Of a stretch of 64,000 nt of DNA, positions 1 to 13,600 are shown one piece after another; the first letter of the stretch is position 1; each line of letters opens with the position of its first letter. Source of the DNA: Eledone cirrhosa (Eukaryota); assembly GCA_964016885.1 (NCBI GenBank), contig OZ024761.1, positions 434,001-498,000 of the forward strand, written 5' to 3'. The translations under genes and the position numbers were made by a program. The notes below the pieces were generated by a model. That model had not been told where the DNA came from. It saw only the letters and a list, made by a program, of their open reading frames with translations, and searched no databases.

Positions 1-152
1 ATATATACATATATATACACACATATACACATATACATACATATACATACATATACATACATACAAACACATACATACATACACCTAAATATAAACATAT
101 ATAAATACACACATACGAATAAAGACATATATTCACACATAGACACCTATAT

Positions 153-190
<38 letters not shown>

Positions 191-277
191 ATATACACAC
201 ACATACACATACATACACATATAAATATATATACACATATATACACACGCACACACACACAGACACACATACACACT

Positions 278-322
<45 letters not shown>

Positions 323-742
323 ATGTGAGTGTGCGCAAATACATATATATATATACACACACACATACAAACACACACAAACACATACATATGCATACGT
401 GCACACACACACACATATATCACATAGATACGAAGATAAACATATAAATAGAGAGACATACAAATATATACAGAACCCATATACACATACATACAAACAC
501 GCATATACATATATATACATATATACACACATATATATTCCTATATACAAGCATACACATACACACACATATATACATATACATACACATATATATACCA
601 CACATTCACATACACGTACATATATAATACATATATATACATATATATACATACATATGTATGTACAATCATATATACACACTCAATCTTACATTCATAT
701 TTACATGCTCATATATGTATTTTTATATTTAGAAATAAATAC

Positions 743-781
<39 letters not shown>

Positions 782-812
782 AAAAAAAAAAATTTAAAAA
801 AAAAAAAAAAAA
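1..812. repeat. (TA)n/(CA)n/(TACA)n microsatellite mosaic followed by a poly(A) tract
   Basis: Directly visible dinucleotide and tetranucleotide runs; A-run at ~744-812. Confidence 0.95.
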
Positions 813-2120
813 TACCAAAAAAATTATATAGACACCCATCTACACATATATTCATACATATACACTTACAAAAACAGATGATAATAGTATGGGGGAAAGG
901 GGGGGGTTTGGAGAAGGGGATCAAAGTAAATATATGTTTCAAGAAACCTATAATATTTTCCATATCTTAATTCAATGTATGTTCCTACATATTTTCAGTG
1001 CTAGGAAATACGAAATCTATGCATCACAAAATAAAAAAGTATACCATTAATCATATGTCAACTAAACCAAAGATAGTCAACATATTGATTTCCAAGGTGT
1101 AAATTAGTTAGGTTTATAATATTTGAAGCAGAATTATGAAGTCAAACAGTAGTAGATTATTAATTACATTATAACTAAATTAAAGTTAATAACGTTATGG
1201 TATCAATATTAGGAGATGAATTTAGTAATAGGGAAAAGAAACCCAAATAAAATAAAATAAAGTATTACATCGGTAGTAGCATATAAATTATATGTTAACT
1301 AAGTTAAAAATTATATATTTATTTCAATAGTATATGTTAATTAGTATATGTTAATTAGGTATACAATACATAAAGCAGATATTGTATTTCATCAATAGCA
1401 TAATATAATTATATGCAAATAAAAATCAAAATTAATACGCATACATATACATATACATACACATACACATACATATACATATACATACACATATATATAT
1501 ATATATATACATATATATACACATACATACATATATAGTCACATAAATATACATACAGATACACATACAATACACACATATACATATACATATAGATATA
1601 CATATCTTTTTCAAAAAATTTGCACAGAATATATTAACTAGGTATATATCCAAAAACACCTCCCATTCTATGATTACATGAAATTCTGCAATTCGTCTGT
1701 ACAAGGATACTAATTTTAAGCAAATTAAAATTAAAATTAAAGTTTTAGGTTGATTAAAGCTAAAACCAAATAATAAATATATTTCCAAAATGTATATTAA
1801 TTAGGTCAATAATACTAAAAATTCTTTCTCCGTCATAGGATACATGATATTATTTTGTTATATTTTATCTGTAAAAGAATTATAATAAAAAAAAAAAAAT
1901 TATAATAAAAGGTTAAACTAAATTAAAAAATTATAATAAAAGGTTAAAATAAGTTAAAATTAATCTATAAATTAAATTACTGAATATATATTAGTAATAT
2001 TTAAAGGTTTTTCAAAATTAATGATTACATAATATTTTCTCATCTGTAATAAAATATTAATTAAATTAAATTTATAGGTTAACTAACATTTAAATTAAAT
2101 TAAATTCTAGAATAATGTTA

Positions 2121-2634
2121 TTAATTAGGTTTATAATATTTAAATGTTTTTTTTAGTTTATGATTACACGATATAATTAATTCCTGTCTTTTATTTAATA
2201 AGATATCCCTAGACTTCATTATTTCAAATAGTTCTTGGGAACATAATCTACATTCCTTTCTATTATTTTGATAAGGGGTGGCTCTTTTGAGCACACTCCA
2301 GGTCAAATCATATTTTATATTTTTATTTTTATAACTATTGATTTTTTCTGCTAGAGATGTTGTATTAGCCAGTGCGGCATTTTTAAAGCTATGTTTGTGG
2401 GTATTATACCTTGTCTTAAAATTGTTAGAGGTAGCTCCTATATATGAGCAAATAGAATCTTTAGTTTTAACATTACATTTATAGACTATGTTGTTAACAA
2501 GACAATTCCCTTTTAATGGGCAGTTTGTTTTGTTTCTACAGTTACATCCTTTCGTTAATTCTGTATTTGAGGAGATATTATTGTTAATTTGATGTACTGG
2601 TGGTATACTTATAGTTTTCTTACATTTATATGCA
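2121..2634 (-). mobile_element. Penelope-like element, C-terminal GIY-YIG endonuclease fragment (cut by an assembly gap)
   Basis: Translation CNCRNKTNCPLKGNCL..IVYKC..SYIGATSNNFKTRY..H..CRLC..E..LLNKRQE..CNH matches the Penelope GIY-YIG/CCHH pattern and the ORF at 5293-6393. Confidence 0.85.
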
Positions 2635-2834
2635 NNNNNNNNNNNNNNNNNNNNNNNNNNNNNNNNNNNNNNNNNNNNNNNNNNNNNNNNNNNNNNNNNN
2701 NNNNNNNNNNNNNNNNNNNNNNNNNNNNNNNNNNNNNNNNNNNNNNNNNNNNNNNNNNNNNNNNNNNNNNNNNNNNNNNNNNNNNNNNNNNNNNNNNNNN
2801 NNNNNNNNNNNNNNNNNNNNNNNNNNNNNNNNNN
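2635..2834. other. Assembly gap (200 N)
   Basis: Run of n. Confidence 1.
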
Positions 2835-3608
2835 AATAATAACGACAACAACAACAATAATAATATACATATACATATATATATACACACACACGCACAC
2901 ACATAAACATATCTATACACACACACACACGATAGCAACTAACAGCGCTGCGATCAAATGTGGCTTTTTAGCCCAGCCAATTATCTAAAATGACTTGCAC
3001 AGAGTCGGCAACCAAAACATTCACTGGGAATAGCCGGCTGTGGTTGGAGTTCATGTACTTTTGCATGTTGCTTGGACCCTCCTGCTGATTTACATTCTCT
3101 ACCACATGCTTGGCATATATACATACATGTAAACACTCATTGTGTCTCATTCTGACGTCACCAGCCCTGTCTCCACATGTGCGTTTTATTTTCATAATTA
3201 CGCATGATGTCGAACTAGCCTGCTTTTAAATTCTTTTTTTAGCATATTATAATCAGTGAGATTTTGGTTATCGTGTTGAGCTCTGCTGAAGATCGGCCAA
3301 AACGTGACCATCCCCACTGAATGTTTCGTGAAATAGTCTTTTCAAAACAATACAGAGCATTTGTAGTTTCTCCAAATTGAAGGATGAGTATTTTAAACTT
3401 TATTTTAGAGGTAAGGCTCTATTTATTTTTCCCTGAATTTCACTAAATTCTGTTGGATGAATCTATATCCTGATTCTTTTTGATTTGAGTTTGAATTATT
3501 TTTCCCACATCTTACGTTAACTATTTTTCCCATTTTGACGCTATAGTTACTTATATATTATGGAATACTATTGGCTTCTTGCTCATGATAATTTCTATAC
3601 TTTTCATT

Positions 3609-3645
<37 letters not shown>

Positions 3646-3703
3646 ACATACATATTTATATATACATATACATATTTATATATACATATACATACATACA
3701 TAT

Positions 3704-4444
3704 ATAGAAAGATTTGAATGGATACAGTTTAGTTGAAAGGAATTTATTGACACGTGTTTCTATAACAGTTACATAACCTAAAACAGCTATCTACAAACTT
3801 TTAGTTATGCAGACATTCAATATTTCAATGTTATTATTTACTGTCATTTCATCAGAATAATATTACTGAGGACCTATTTAGTTTTTATAGAGAATATTAG
3901 GAGGAAGGGGTGAAGTTGTTAGAAGAATAGTTGAAGGAGTGGTTTTTCGATAGCAGTGAGAATTCTTGGTGGCAGTGAGTAATTAGATTCCCATCTGTTG
4001 TTTTGACATTTTTTATAGAATATATTATTGGTTATTTTTCTAAATCTATAGAAGGATTAGAGATAGTAAAGATATGCGTGGTTGGTTTTGTGTTTGCACT
4101 TAACATTCAGACTTAAATTTTTCTTTCAAGTGTACGTATTCTTTCACCCACGCATTCACACACAAATATATTTGCACACCTCTACAAAATACATATACTC
4201 ACAATTCACATATTCATACTTACATATATATACACATGCATACACATATATATACACACATGTATTCATGTACATACATACGCGCGCATGTGTATACATT
4301 TTCATACTCAACTTATCTTTATATATACACACGTATAGACACACACATATATACATACATACTCTAGTCCATGTGTACACACATACACATACATACACAT
4401 CCATATACACATACATACATACATATATATATATACATATATAC

Positions 4445-4481
<37 letters not shown>

Positions 4482-4504
4482 CACATACATATATACACAC
4501 ATAT

Positions 4505-4545
<41 letters not shown>

Positions 4546-5289
4546 CACTTTAATACATGAATACACTTACATCTAACTATACACATCAAACATATATATA
4601 TATTTACTTATCTATATACATTTTCACATATATATACATACTTATGGACGTTTTTAGACACATTCATTATCGCATATTTGTACCTATTCTCATCAGCATA
4701 TCTTTTTATTATTAGTATGGTAATTTAAGGTTATTAATATATGTTGAGAAGAAATTGTTTTTATATTTTTCTAACTAGATTAAGGTTTATATAGTTGGGG
4801 GATGTCCCTCTTTTATGTAATATTCGGCTTGTAGTGGGAAAAAAGGGTTTTAGTTCTGTGACGGCAGAATAATGTTCGTTCAATTCTGTTATTCAGCAGT
4901 TTCTTCTTGTGTGTGATTATGTAATAAATCTCAAGATTACACAATTTGCAGAAATTTTGGCTCCTGGAAAAGCTTTGGGTTTTAGCTAATTTTTCCCATT
5001 TTAGGGTAAACTTTTGACTGCTATCCCTGAGCGTCCAAGCTTTCTCTGCTAAAGTTGTTACATTTCTTTGGCTCTGGTGTTTTATTGAGTAAGAATGCCT
5101 ATACAATCGAGATTTAAACGATGTTGCCGTTGATCCCACGTAATACCACTCGTTGCCTCCGGATTTAATGGTACACTTATAAATAATATTTTTTTCCAGG
5201 CAGTTATTGCCGAGGGGGCAGTTGTCAGGATAGGTGCAGTTACAGTTGTGTACGTTGGGTTTTCTCTGGAGTAGTATTGCGGACGAACT
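3704..5289 (-). mobile_element. Inverted copy of the 3' end (GIY-YIG + 3'UTR/pLTR) of the adjacent Penelope-like element
   Basis: Reverse complement of 5917-7502 (paired coordinates sum to 11206); ORF 4813-5355 repeats the C-terminus of ORF 5293-6393. Confidence 0.95.
3744..3860 (-). ncRNA. Type I hammerhead ribozyme with long stem II (mirror of 7346-7462)
   Basis: Reverse complement of the motif at 7346-7462. Confidence 0.7.
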
Positions 5290-5292
5290 GGT

Positions 5293-6393
5293 TTGATTAA
5301 ACCGTTTCATAAATTGAATGAAAATCTCAAATACGTAAATGTTGGGTCTAACCACCCCATCTCTATAATTAAATCTATCCCTAAAAATATTTCCCTTAGA
5401 ATCTCGGGTCTATCTTCTAACATACAAGTATTTAAGGAACACGCTGAGTACTACGATAACGCCCTTAGTAAAGCAGGCTACCTCAACAAAATAGAGTACA
5501 TAGATGGGAACAATCAAAACACCCAAAATAAATCCCACATAGGTAGATATAATAACACAACACCAAACCACACTTACTACCATAGTATGCACACCAGTAA
5601 ACCAACAAACAAAACTAATAGAAAGCGATGCAAAGAGTACTTATGGTATAACCCCGAATACAATAGCTCCATTAGTACAAATTTACCAGTACTCTTCTTT
5701 AAAATAATTAAAAGACATTTTCCCACATCACACAAATACCACAAAATCCTAAACCCTACCACTATAAGACTGTCATACTCTACAGCGTTAAACCTTGAAC
5801 AACACATAAAAAAGATCAATACTAGAAGGTTAAACGAAAACACTAAGAACTTAAGTACAAAGAACCCCCAAAAAACAGTAGACAATACACTACAGAACAT
5901 AAATAAACCACACCTAAGTTCGTCCGCAATACTACTCCAGAGAAAACCCAACGTACACAACTGTAACTGCACCTATCCTGACAACTGCCCCCTCGGCAAT
6001 AACTGCCTGGAAAAAAATATTATTTATAAGTGTACCATTAAATCCGGAGGCAACGAGTGGTATTACGTGGGATCAACGGCAACATCGTTTAAATCTCGAT
6101 TGTATAGGCATTCTTACTCAATAAAACACCAGAGCCAAAGAAATGTAACAACTTTAGCAGAGAAAGCTTGGACGCTCAGGGATAGCAGTCAAAAGTTTAC
6201 CCTAAAATGGGAAAAATTAGCTAAAACCCAAAGCTTTTCCAGGAGCCAAAATTTCTGCAAATTGTGTAATCTTGAGATTTATTACATAATCACACACAAG
6301 AAGAAACTGCTGAATAACAGAATTGAACGAACATTATTCTGCCGTCACAGAACTAAAACCCTTTTTTCCCACTACAAGCCGAATATTACATAA
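5293..6393 (+). CDS. Penelope-like polyprotein, C-terminal part (RT thumb, linker, GIY-YIG endonuclease)
   Basis: PFHK..YVNVGSNHP..IP..RIS.LSS; WYNP; CNC..CPL..CL; WYYVGSTATSFKSRLYRH; CKLCNLE; LLN..CRH. Confidence 0.85.
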   Translation: MIKPFHKLNENLKYVNVGSNHPISIIKSIPKNISLRISGLSSNIQVFKEHAEYYDNALSKAGYLNKIEYIDGNNQNTQNKSHIGRYNNTTPNHTYYHSMHTSKPTNKTNRKRCKEYLWYNPEYNSSISTNLPVLFFKIIKRHFPTSHKYHKILNPTTIRLSYSTALNLEQHIKKINTRRLNENTKNLSTKNPQKTVDNTLQNINKPHLSSSAILLQRKPNVHNCNCTYPDNCPLGNNCLEKNIIYKCTIKSGGNEWYYVGSTATSFKSRLYRHSYSIKHQSQRNVTTLAEKAWTLRDSSQKFTLKWEKLAKTQSFSRSQNFCKLCNLEIYYIITHKKKLLNNRIERTLFCRHRTKTLFSHYKPNIT

Positions 6394-6660
6394 AAGAGGG
6401 ACATCCCCCAACTATATAAACCTTAATCTAGTTAGAAAAATATAAAAACAATTTCTTCTCAACATATATTAATAACCTTAAATTACCATACTAATAATAA
6501 AAAGATATGCTGATGAGAATAGGTACAAATATGCGATAATGAATGTGTCTAAAAACGTCCATAAGTATGTATATATATGTGAAAATGTATATAGATAAGT
6601 AAATATATATATATGTTTGATGTGTATAGTTAGATGTAAGTGTATTCATGTATTAAAGTG

Positions 6661-6701
<41 letters not shown>

Positions 6702-6724
6702 ATATGTGTGTATATATGTATGTG

Positions 6725-6761
<37 letters not shown>

Positions 6762-7345
6762 GTATATATGTATATATATATATGTATGTATGTATGTGTA
6801 TATGGATGTGTATGTATGTGTATGTGTGTACACATGGACTAGAGTATGTATGTATATATGTGTGTGTCTATACGTGTGTATATATAAAGATAAGTTGAGT
6901 ATGAAAATGTATACACATGCGCGCGTATGTATGTACATGAATACATGTGTGTATATATATGTGTATGCATGTGTATATATATGTAAGTATGAATATGTGA
7001 ATTGTGAGTATATGTATTTTGTAGAGGTGTGCAAATATATTTGTGTGTGAATGCGTGGGTGAAAGAATACGTACACTTGAAAGAAAAATTTAAGTCTGAA
7101 TGTTAAGTGCAAACACAAAACCAACCACGCATATCTTTACTATCTCTAATCCTTCTATAGATTTAGAAAAATAACCAATAATATATTCTATAAAAAATGT
7201 CAAAACAACAAATGGGAATCTAATTACTCACTGCCACCAAGAATTCTCACTGCTATCGAAAAACCACTCCTTCAACTATTCTTCTAACAACTTCACCCCT
7301 TCCTCCTAATATTCTCTATAAAAACTAAATAGGTCCTCAGTAATA

Positions 7346-7462
7346 TTATTCTGATGAAATGACAGTAAATAATAACATTGAAATATTGAATGTCTGCATA
7401 ACTAAAAGTTTGTAGATAGCTGTTTTAGGTTATGTAACTGTTATAGAAACACGTGTCAATAA
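7346..7462 (+). ncRNA. Type I hammerhead ribozyme with ~90-nt stem II
   Basis: ttatt-CTGATGA-aATGACAGT...ACTGTTATa-GAAAC-acgt-GTC-aataa; stem I ttatt/aataa, palindromic stem III ACACGTGT, GUC triplet. Confidence 0.7.
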
Positions 7463-7612
7463 ATTCCTTTCAACTAAACTGTATCCATTCAAATCTTTCT
7501 ATTTTTCTCCGGATTACTTTTGGAACTACAACTGGAACCGTCGAGCAAACTCTACGTGAGCTGATAATCTACTGTGTGTAATATTTATATTACAACACAA
7601 CGGAAAATACTG

Positions 7613-7636
7613 TATACATACATATATATATATATG

Positions 7637-7667
<31 letters not shown>

Positions 7668-7724
7668 ACATACATATTTATATATACATATACATATTTA
7701 TATATACATATACATACATATATA

Positions 7725-7765
<41 letters not shown>

Positions 7766-7983
7766 ATACATACATATATATATATATATACATATATATA
7801 TACATATACATACATATATATATATATACATATACATACATATATATATAGATATACATATACATACATATATATATATATACATATACATACATATATA
7901 TATATACATATACATACATATATATATAGATATACATATACATACATATATATACATATACATACATATATATATATATACAT

Positions 7984-8058
<75 letters not shown>

Positions 8059-8247
8059 CATATATATGTATATACATATACATATATATATATATACATA
8101 TATGTATATATACATATACATATACATACATATATATGTATATACATATACATACATATATATATATATACATATACATACATATATATATACATATACA
8201 TATACATACATATATATATACATATACATACATATGTATATATACAT

Positions 8248-8300
<53 letters not shown>

Positions 8301-8433
8301 CATGCATATATATATATACATATACATATATATATATACATGTACATAAATATATATACATATACATACATATATATATATAAACATATACATACATATA
8401 TATATACATATACATACATATGTATATATACAT

Positions 8434-8476
<43 letters not shown>

Positions 8477-8635
8477 CATACATATATATATACATATACA
8501 TACATATATATATATATATACATATATATATACATATACATACATATATATATATATATACATACATATATATATACATATACATATATATATACATATA
8601 TATACATATATATATATATATACATATATATATAC

Positions 8636-8724
<89 letters not shown>

Positions 8725-8725
8725 T
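7613..8725. repeat. (TA)/(TACA) microsatellite mosaic followed by (GA)n
   Basis: Directly visible. Confidence 0.95.
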
Positions 8726-8737
8726 ACATGCATGTGT

Positions 8738-8844
8738 GTGGAAATGAAACGTCGGTATGTTTTAGAAAGCCGTACAATGCATGTGGTAATCTAACTCACA
8801 TATATTGTACGGCTTTCTAAACACATACCAACTTTTCATTTCCA
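8738..8844. repeat. Imperfect fold-back (mini-MITE-like hairpin)
   Basis: tggaaatgaaa..ggtatgt..agaaagccgtacaat / attgtacggctttct..acatacc..tttcatttcca. Confidence 0.7.
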
Positions 8845-8883
8845 TTTTCCAGATGCTTCCTGATAACTATCACACCTTCTGTC

Positions 8884-8927
<44 letters not shown>

Positions 8928-8940
8928 GCGTGTGTGTGTG

Positions 8941-9108
8941 TAAAAGGTAAATAGAAATAACGACACAGTACATGGAAGAAATATATTAGTTTAACGCTTG
9001 AAATAGCAGGAAGAGAGTCATAACGTTTCGTACACTAGTCCTTCATCAGAAGAAAGATTTAGATATACAAGATAAACAGAAAGTAAAGAGCGATAAAAGC
9101 AAAGATTG

Positions 9109-9110
<2 letters not shown>
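8941..9110 (-). mobile_element. Short non-coding hammerhead-bearing element (homologue of 26031-26250); hammerhead at 9018-9053
   Basis: Minus strand tctt-CTGATGA-aggactagtgtac-GAAAC-GTT-atga; downstream sequence aligns by eye with 26165-26250. Confidence 0.65.
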
Positions 9111-9176
<66 letters not shown>

Positions 9177-9316
9177 TGAAACAGTACTAGTCCTGTAGAA
9201 GCTCCTTCTAAAAAATAAAAAAATTTTACTCTGCCATGTACTGAGTACCTTACTTACTGTGGTTATCCCCGAATCAACCCGCGACCTACGTATATATATA
9301 TATATATATATATGAA

Positions 9317-9349
<33 letters not shown>

Positions 9350-9440
9350 GAATGTGTGTGTGTGTATATATATATATATATGAATGTGTGTGTGTGTATA
9401 TATATATATATGAATGTGTGTGTATGTGTATATATATCAA

Positions 9441-9510
<70 letters not shown>

Positions 9511-9856
9511 TGTGTATATATATATATACATACATATATAAACACATACACACCACCCATCTCCAACAGATAAGAGTACCTCCTTATACAATGAATCTTT
9601 CATCATCGGAATCATTTCAGATGTCTATCCGGACGTGAGAGGGAGGGGGGGCGTGTGTGAGACAGAGGGAAAGTGTGTGTGTGTGTGTGCGTGTGTGTGA
9701 TAGAGAGTATACGGATTCCCTCTCTCCACCGAATTGTATGAGGAATTTGCCCCAATGTGAAAGTTTTAGCTATACAAATTCGTAGCTATCTATACATATA
9801 TTTGTTCTTGGGTGTTTGGTTGGTAGAGTCCATAACACCAATCAAACCCCTTTTAT

Positions 9857-9904
9857 AGCTCTGATGAATCCTACGGTTACACGTAAGGAAGAAACATTGT
9901 TAGC
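9857..9904 (+). ncRNA. Minimal type I hammerhead ribozyme
   Basis: gct-CTGATGA-aTCCTACG-gttaca-CGTAaGGAa-GAAAC-att-GTT-agc, followed by AATAAA. Confidence 0.6.
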
Positions 9905-9949
9905 CAATAAAAATCTTTTGATGTTGTAGACGCTCTTGTGTTCTTTTTC

Positions 9950-9984
<35 letters not shown>

Positions 9985-10018
9985 AATGTGTATAATGTGC
10001 ATGTGTATGTATATATAT

Positions 10019-10145
10019 AATAATTGTTTCTACTTATGGCACAAGGCCAGCAGTTATCTCAGTGCATTACTGGTACTTTATTTTATCGACCCCGTAAGGA
10101 TGAAAGGCAAAGTTAACCTCGGCGGAATTTTGAACTCAGACCATA
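10019..10145 (-). mobile_element. tRNA-derived SINE, 5'-truncated
   Basis: Reverse complement of the SINE at 37071-37255. Confidence 0.85.
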
Positions 10146-10636
10146 ATACAACTTAAACTGGCCAATATATGAATGTTAGACTTTTTGTATGCCATGTATA
10201 TTCATTCTGTCATTACTACAACAGAGGTTCGACGAGCTGATTCCAGAGTCGGAATATCGAACCTTGACCTGATCAGTTGTGAAACGCGTGTCACCGACCA
10301 ATAAACGTAATGAAGGAATAAGCATTCGTCGGATTGGCAGTATCGGTAGTGGGTCAGTAATGCATCGGACACAATTTATCGACGTATTACAATTGTTTCT
10401 CAGGCGAACAGCTGGAGGTGAGACCTATTCGTCTAGTGACTTCGAAGCAAGCAAATCATCAGACAGAAGTTAAGAAGTTTGCTTCGCAATCATTAGGTAA
10501 AAGGTTCAATTGCATGTCATTTAGCAAACACCTCGGGTCAATCCTGTGTAGACGGAAACCAATTAGGTGGGCAGCAGCTGTATTTCCACCCAATTCATAT
10601 GTTAGGATATTTGAATGGGAGGTGGGAGTGTAATAG

Positions 10637-13600
10637 CAACACTGTCCCAGATATGTGAGCTGTACTGTAATGTGGTCTAGGATATCTGTGTAACACTGTC
10701 CTAGTTATGTGAGCTGTACTGTAATGTGGTCTAGGATGTCTGTGTAACACTGTCCCAGTTATATTAGCTATACTGTGATGTAGTCTAGGATGTCTGTGTA
10801 ACACTGTCCTAGTTATGTGAGCTGTACTGTAATGTGGTCTAGGATGTCTGAGTAACACTGTCCCAGTTATGTGAGCTGTACTGTAATGTGGTCTAGGATG
10901 TCTGTGTAACACTGTCCCACTTATGTGAGCTGTACTGTAATGTGGTCTAGGATGTCTGTGTAACACTGTCCCAGTTATGTGAGCTGTACTGTGATGTGGT
11001 CTAGGACGTCTGTGTAACACTGTCCCAGTTATGTGAGCTGTACTGTAATGTGGTCTAGGATGTCTGTGAAACACTGTCCCAGTTATGTGAGCTGTACTGT
11101 AATGTGGTCTAGCATGTTTGTGTAACACTGTCCGAGTTATGTGAGCTGTACTGTGATGTGGTCTAGGATGTCTGTGTAACACTGTCCCAGTTATGTGAGC
11201 TGTACTGTGATGTGGTCTAGGATGTCTGTATAACATTGTCTCAGATATGTGAGCTGTACTGTAATGTGGTCTAGGATGTCTGTGTAACACTGTCCCAGTT
11301 ATGTGAGCTGTACTGTTATGTGGTCTAGGATGTCTGTGTAACACTGTCCCAGTTATGTGAGCTGTACTGTGATGTGGTCTAGGATGTCTGTATAACACTG
11401 TCTCAGATATGTGAGCTGTACTGTAATGTGGTCTAGGATGTCTGTGTAACACTGTCCCAGTTATGTGAGCTGTACTGTAATGTGGTCTAGGATGTCTGTG
11501 TAACACTGTCTCAGTTATGTGAGCTGTACTGTAATGTGGTCTAGCATGTTTGTGTAACACTGTCCGAGTTATGTGAGCTGTACTGTGATGTGGTCTAGGA
11601 TGTCTGTGTAACATTGTCCCAGTTATGTGAGCTGTAGTGTAATGTAGTCTAGGATGTCTGTGTAACACAGTCTCAGTTACGTGAGCTGTACTGTAATATG
11701 GTCTAGGATGTCTGTGTAACACTGTTCCAGTTATGTGAGCTGCACTGTGATGTGGTCTAGTATGTCTGTGTAACACTGTCCCAGTTATGTGAGCTGTACT
11801 GTGATGTGGTCTAGGATGTCTGTGTAACATTGTCTCAGTTATGTGAGCAGTACTGTAATGTGGTCTAGGATGTCTGTGTAACACTGTACCAGTTGTGGGA
11901 GCTGTACTGTAATGTGGTCTAGGATGTCTGTGTAACACTGTCCCTGTTATGTGAGCTGTACTGTAATGTATTCTAGGATGTCTATGTAACACTGTCCCAG
12001 TTATGTGAGCTGTACTGTGATGTGGTCTAGGATGTCTGTGTAACAACACTGTCCCAGTTATGTGAGCTGTACTGTAATGTGGTCTAGGATGTCTGTGTAA
12101 CACTGTCCCAGATGTGTGAGCTGTACTGTAATGTGGTCTAGGATGTCTGTGTAACACTGTCCCAGTTATGTCAGCTGTACTGAGATGTGGTCTAGTATGT
12201 CTGTGTAACACTGTCCCAGTTATGTGAGCTGTACTGTGATGTGGTCTAGGATGTCTGTGTAACACTGTCCCAGTTATGTGAGCTGTACTCTAATGTATTC
12301 TAGGATGTCTGTGTAACACTGTCTCAGATATGTGAGCTGTACTGTAACGTGGTCTAGGATGTCTGTGTAACATTGTCCCATTTATGTGAGCTGTACTGTA
12401 ATGTATTCTAGGATATCTATGTAACACTGTCTTAGATATGTGAGCTGTACTGTGATGTGGTCTAGGATGTCTGTGTAACAACACTGTCCCAGTTATGTGA
12501 GCTGTAGCGTAATGTGGTCTAGGAAGTCTGTGTAACACTGTCCCAGATATGCGAGCTGTACTGTAATGTGGTCTAGGAAGTCTGTGTAACACTGTCCCAG
12601 TTATGTCAGCTGTACTCTAATGTGGTCTAGGATATTTGTGTAACACTGTCCCAGTTATGTGAGCTGTACTGTAATGTAGTCTAGGATGTCTGTGTAACAC
12701 TGTCCCAGTTAGGTGAGCTGTACTGTAATGTGGTCTAGGATGTCTGTGTAACACTGTCCCAGTTATGTGAGCTGTACTGTGATGTTGTCTAGGATGTCTG
12801 TGTAACACTGTCCCAGTTATGTGAGCTGTACTGTAATGTGGTCTAGGATGTCTGTGTAACACTGTCCCAGATATGTGAGCTGTACTGTAATGTGGTCTAG
12901 GATGTCTGTGTAACACTGTCTCAGTTATGTGAGCTGTACTGTGATGTGGTCTAGGATGTCTGTGTAACACTGTCCCAGATATGTGAGCTGTACTGTAATG
13001 TGATCTAGGATGTCTGTGTAACACTGTCTCAGTTATGTGAGCTGTACTGTAATGTGGTCTAGGATGTCTGTGTAACAACACTGTCCCAGATATGTGAGCT
13101 GTACTGTAATGTGGTCTAGGATGTCTGTGTAACACTGTCTCAGTTATGTGAGCTGTACTGTAATGTGGGCTAGGATGCCTGTGTAACACTGTCCCAGTTA
13201 TGTGAGCTGTACTGTGATGTAGTCTAGGATGTCTGTGTAACACTGTCCCAGTTATGTGAGCTGTACTGTAATGTGGTCTAGGATGTCTGTGTAACACGGT
13301 CCCAGTTATGTGAGCTGTACTGTAATGTGGTCTAGGATGTCTGTGTAACACTGTTTCAGATATGTGAGCTGTACTGTAATGTGGTCTAGGATGTCTGTGT
13401 AACAACACTGTCCCAGTTATGTGAGCTGTACTGTAATGTGGTCTAGGATGTCTGTGTAATACTGTCCCAGTTATGTGAGCTGTACTGTAATGTGGTCTAA
13501 GATGTCTGTGTAACAGTGTCCCAGTTATGTGAGCTGTATTGTAATGTGGTCTAGGATGTATGTGTAACACTGTCCCAGTTATGTGAGCTGTACTGTGATG

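Larger units (their letters stand above)
5290..7612 (+). mobile_element. 5'-truncated Penelope-like retroelement (RT thumb, GIY-YIG, 3'UTR with hammerhead, short tail)
   Basis: ORF motifs, 3' hammerhead, ~110-nt tail beyond the inverted-repeat boundary, flanking (TA)/(TACA) tracts. Confidence 0.9.

Noticed and set aside
3281-3310. ctgaagatcggccaaaacg hammerhead-like string (also ctgatgag at ~6510)
   Set aside because: No GAAA core or consistent stems
4813-5355. Independent GIY-YIG gene
   Set aside because: It is the inverted duplicate of the Penelope ORF end; its N-terminus is antisense spacer sequence
189-9615. Numerous YI/HT/CV-rich ORFs here and throughout the window
   Set aside because: They are translations of (TA)n/(CA)n microsatellites that lack stop codons
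10226-10295. Degenerate hammerheads here (tcgacga..GAAACGCGTGTC) and at 44410-44450 (CTGATGA..GAGAC)
   Set aside because: Core nucleotides are mutated; counted only as relics, not as features
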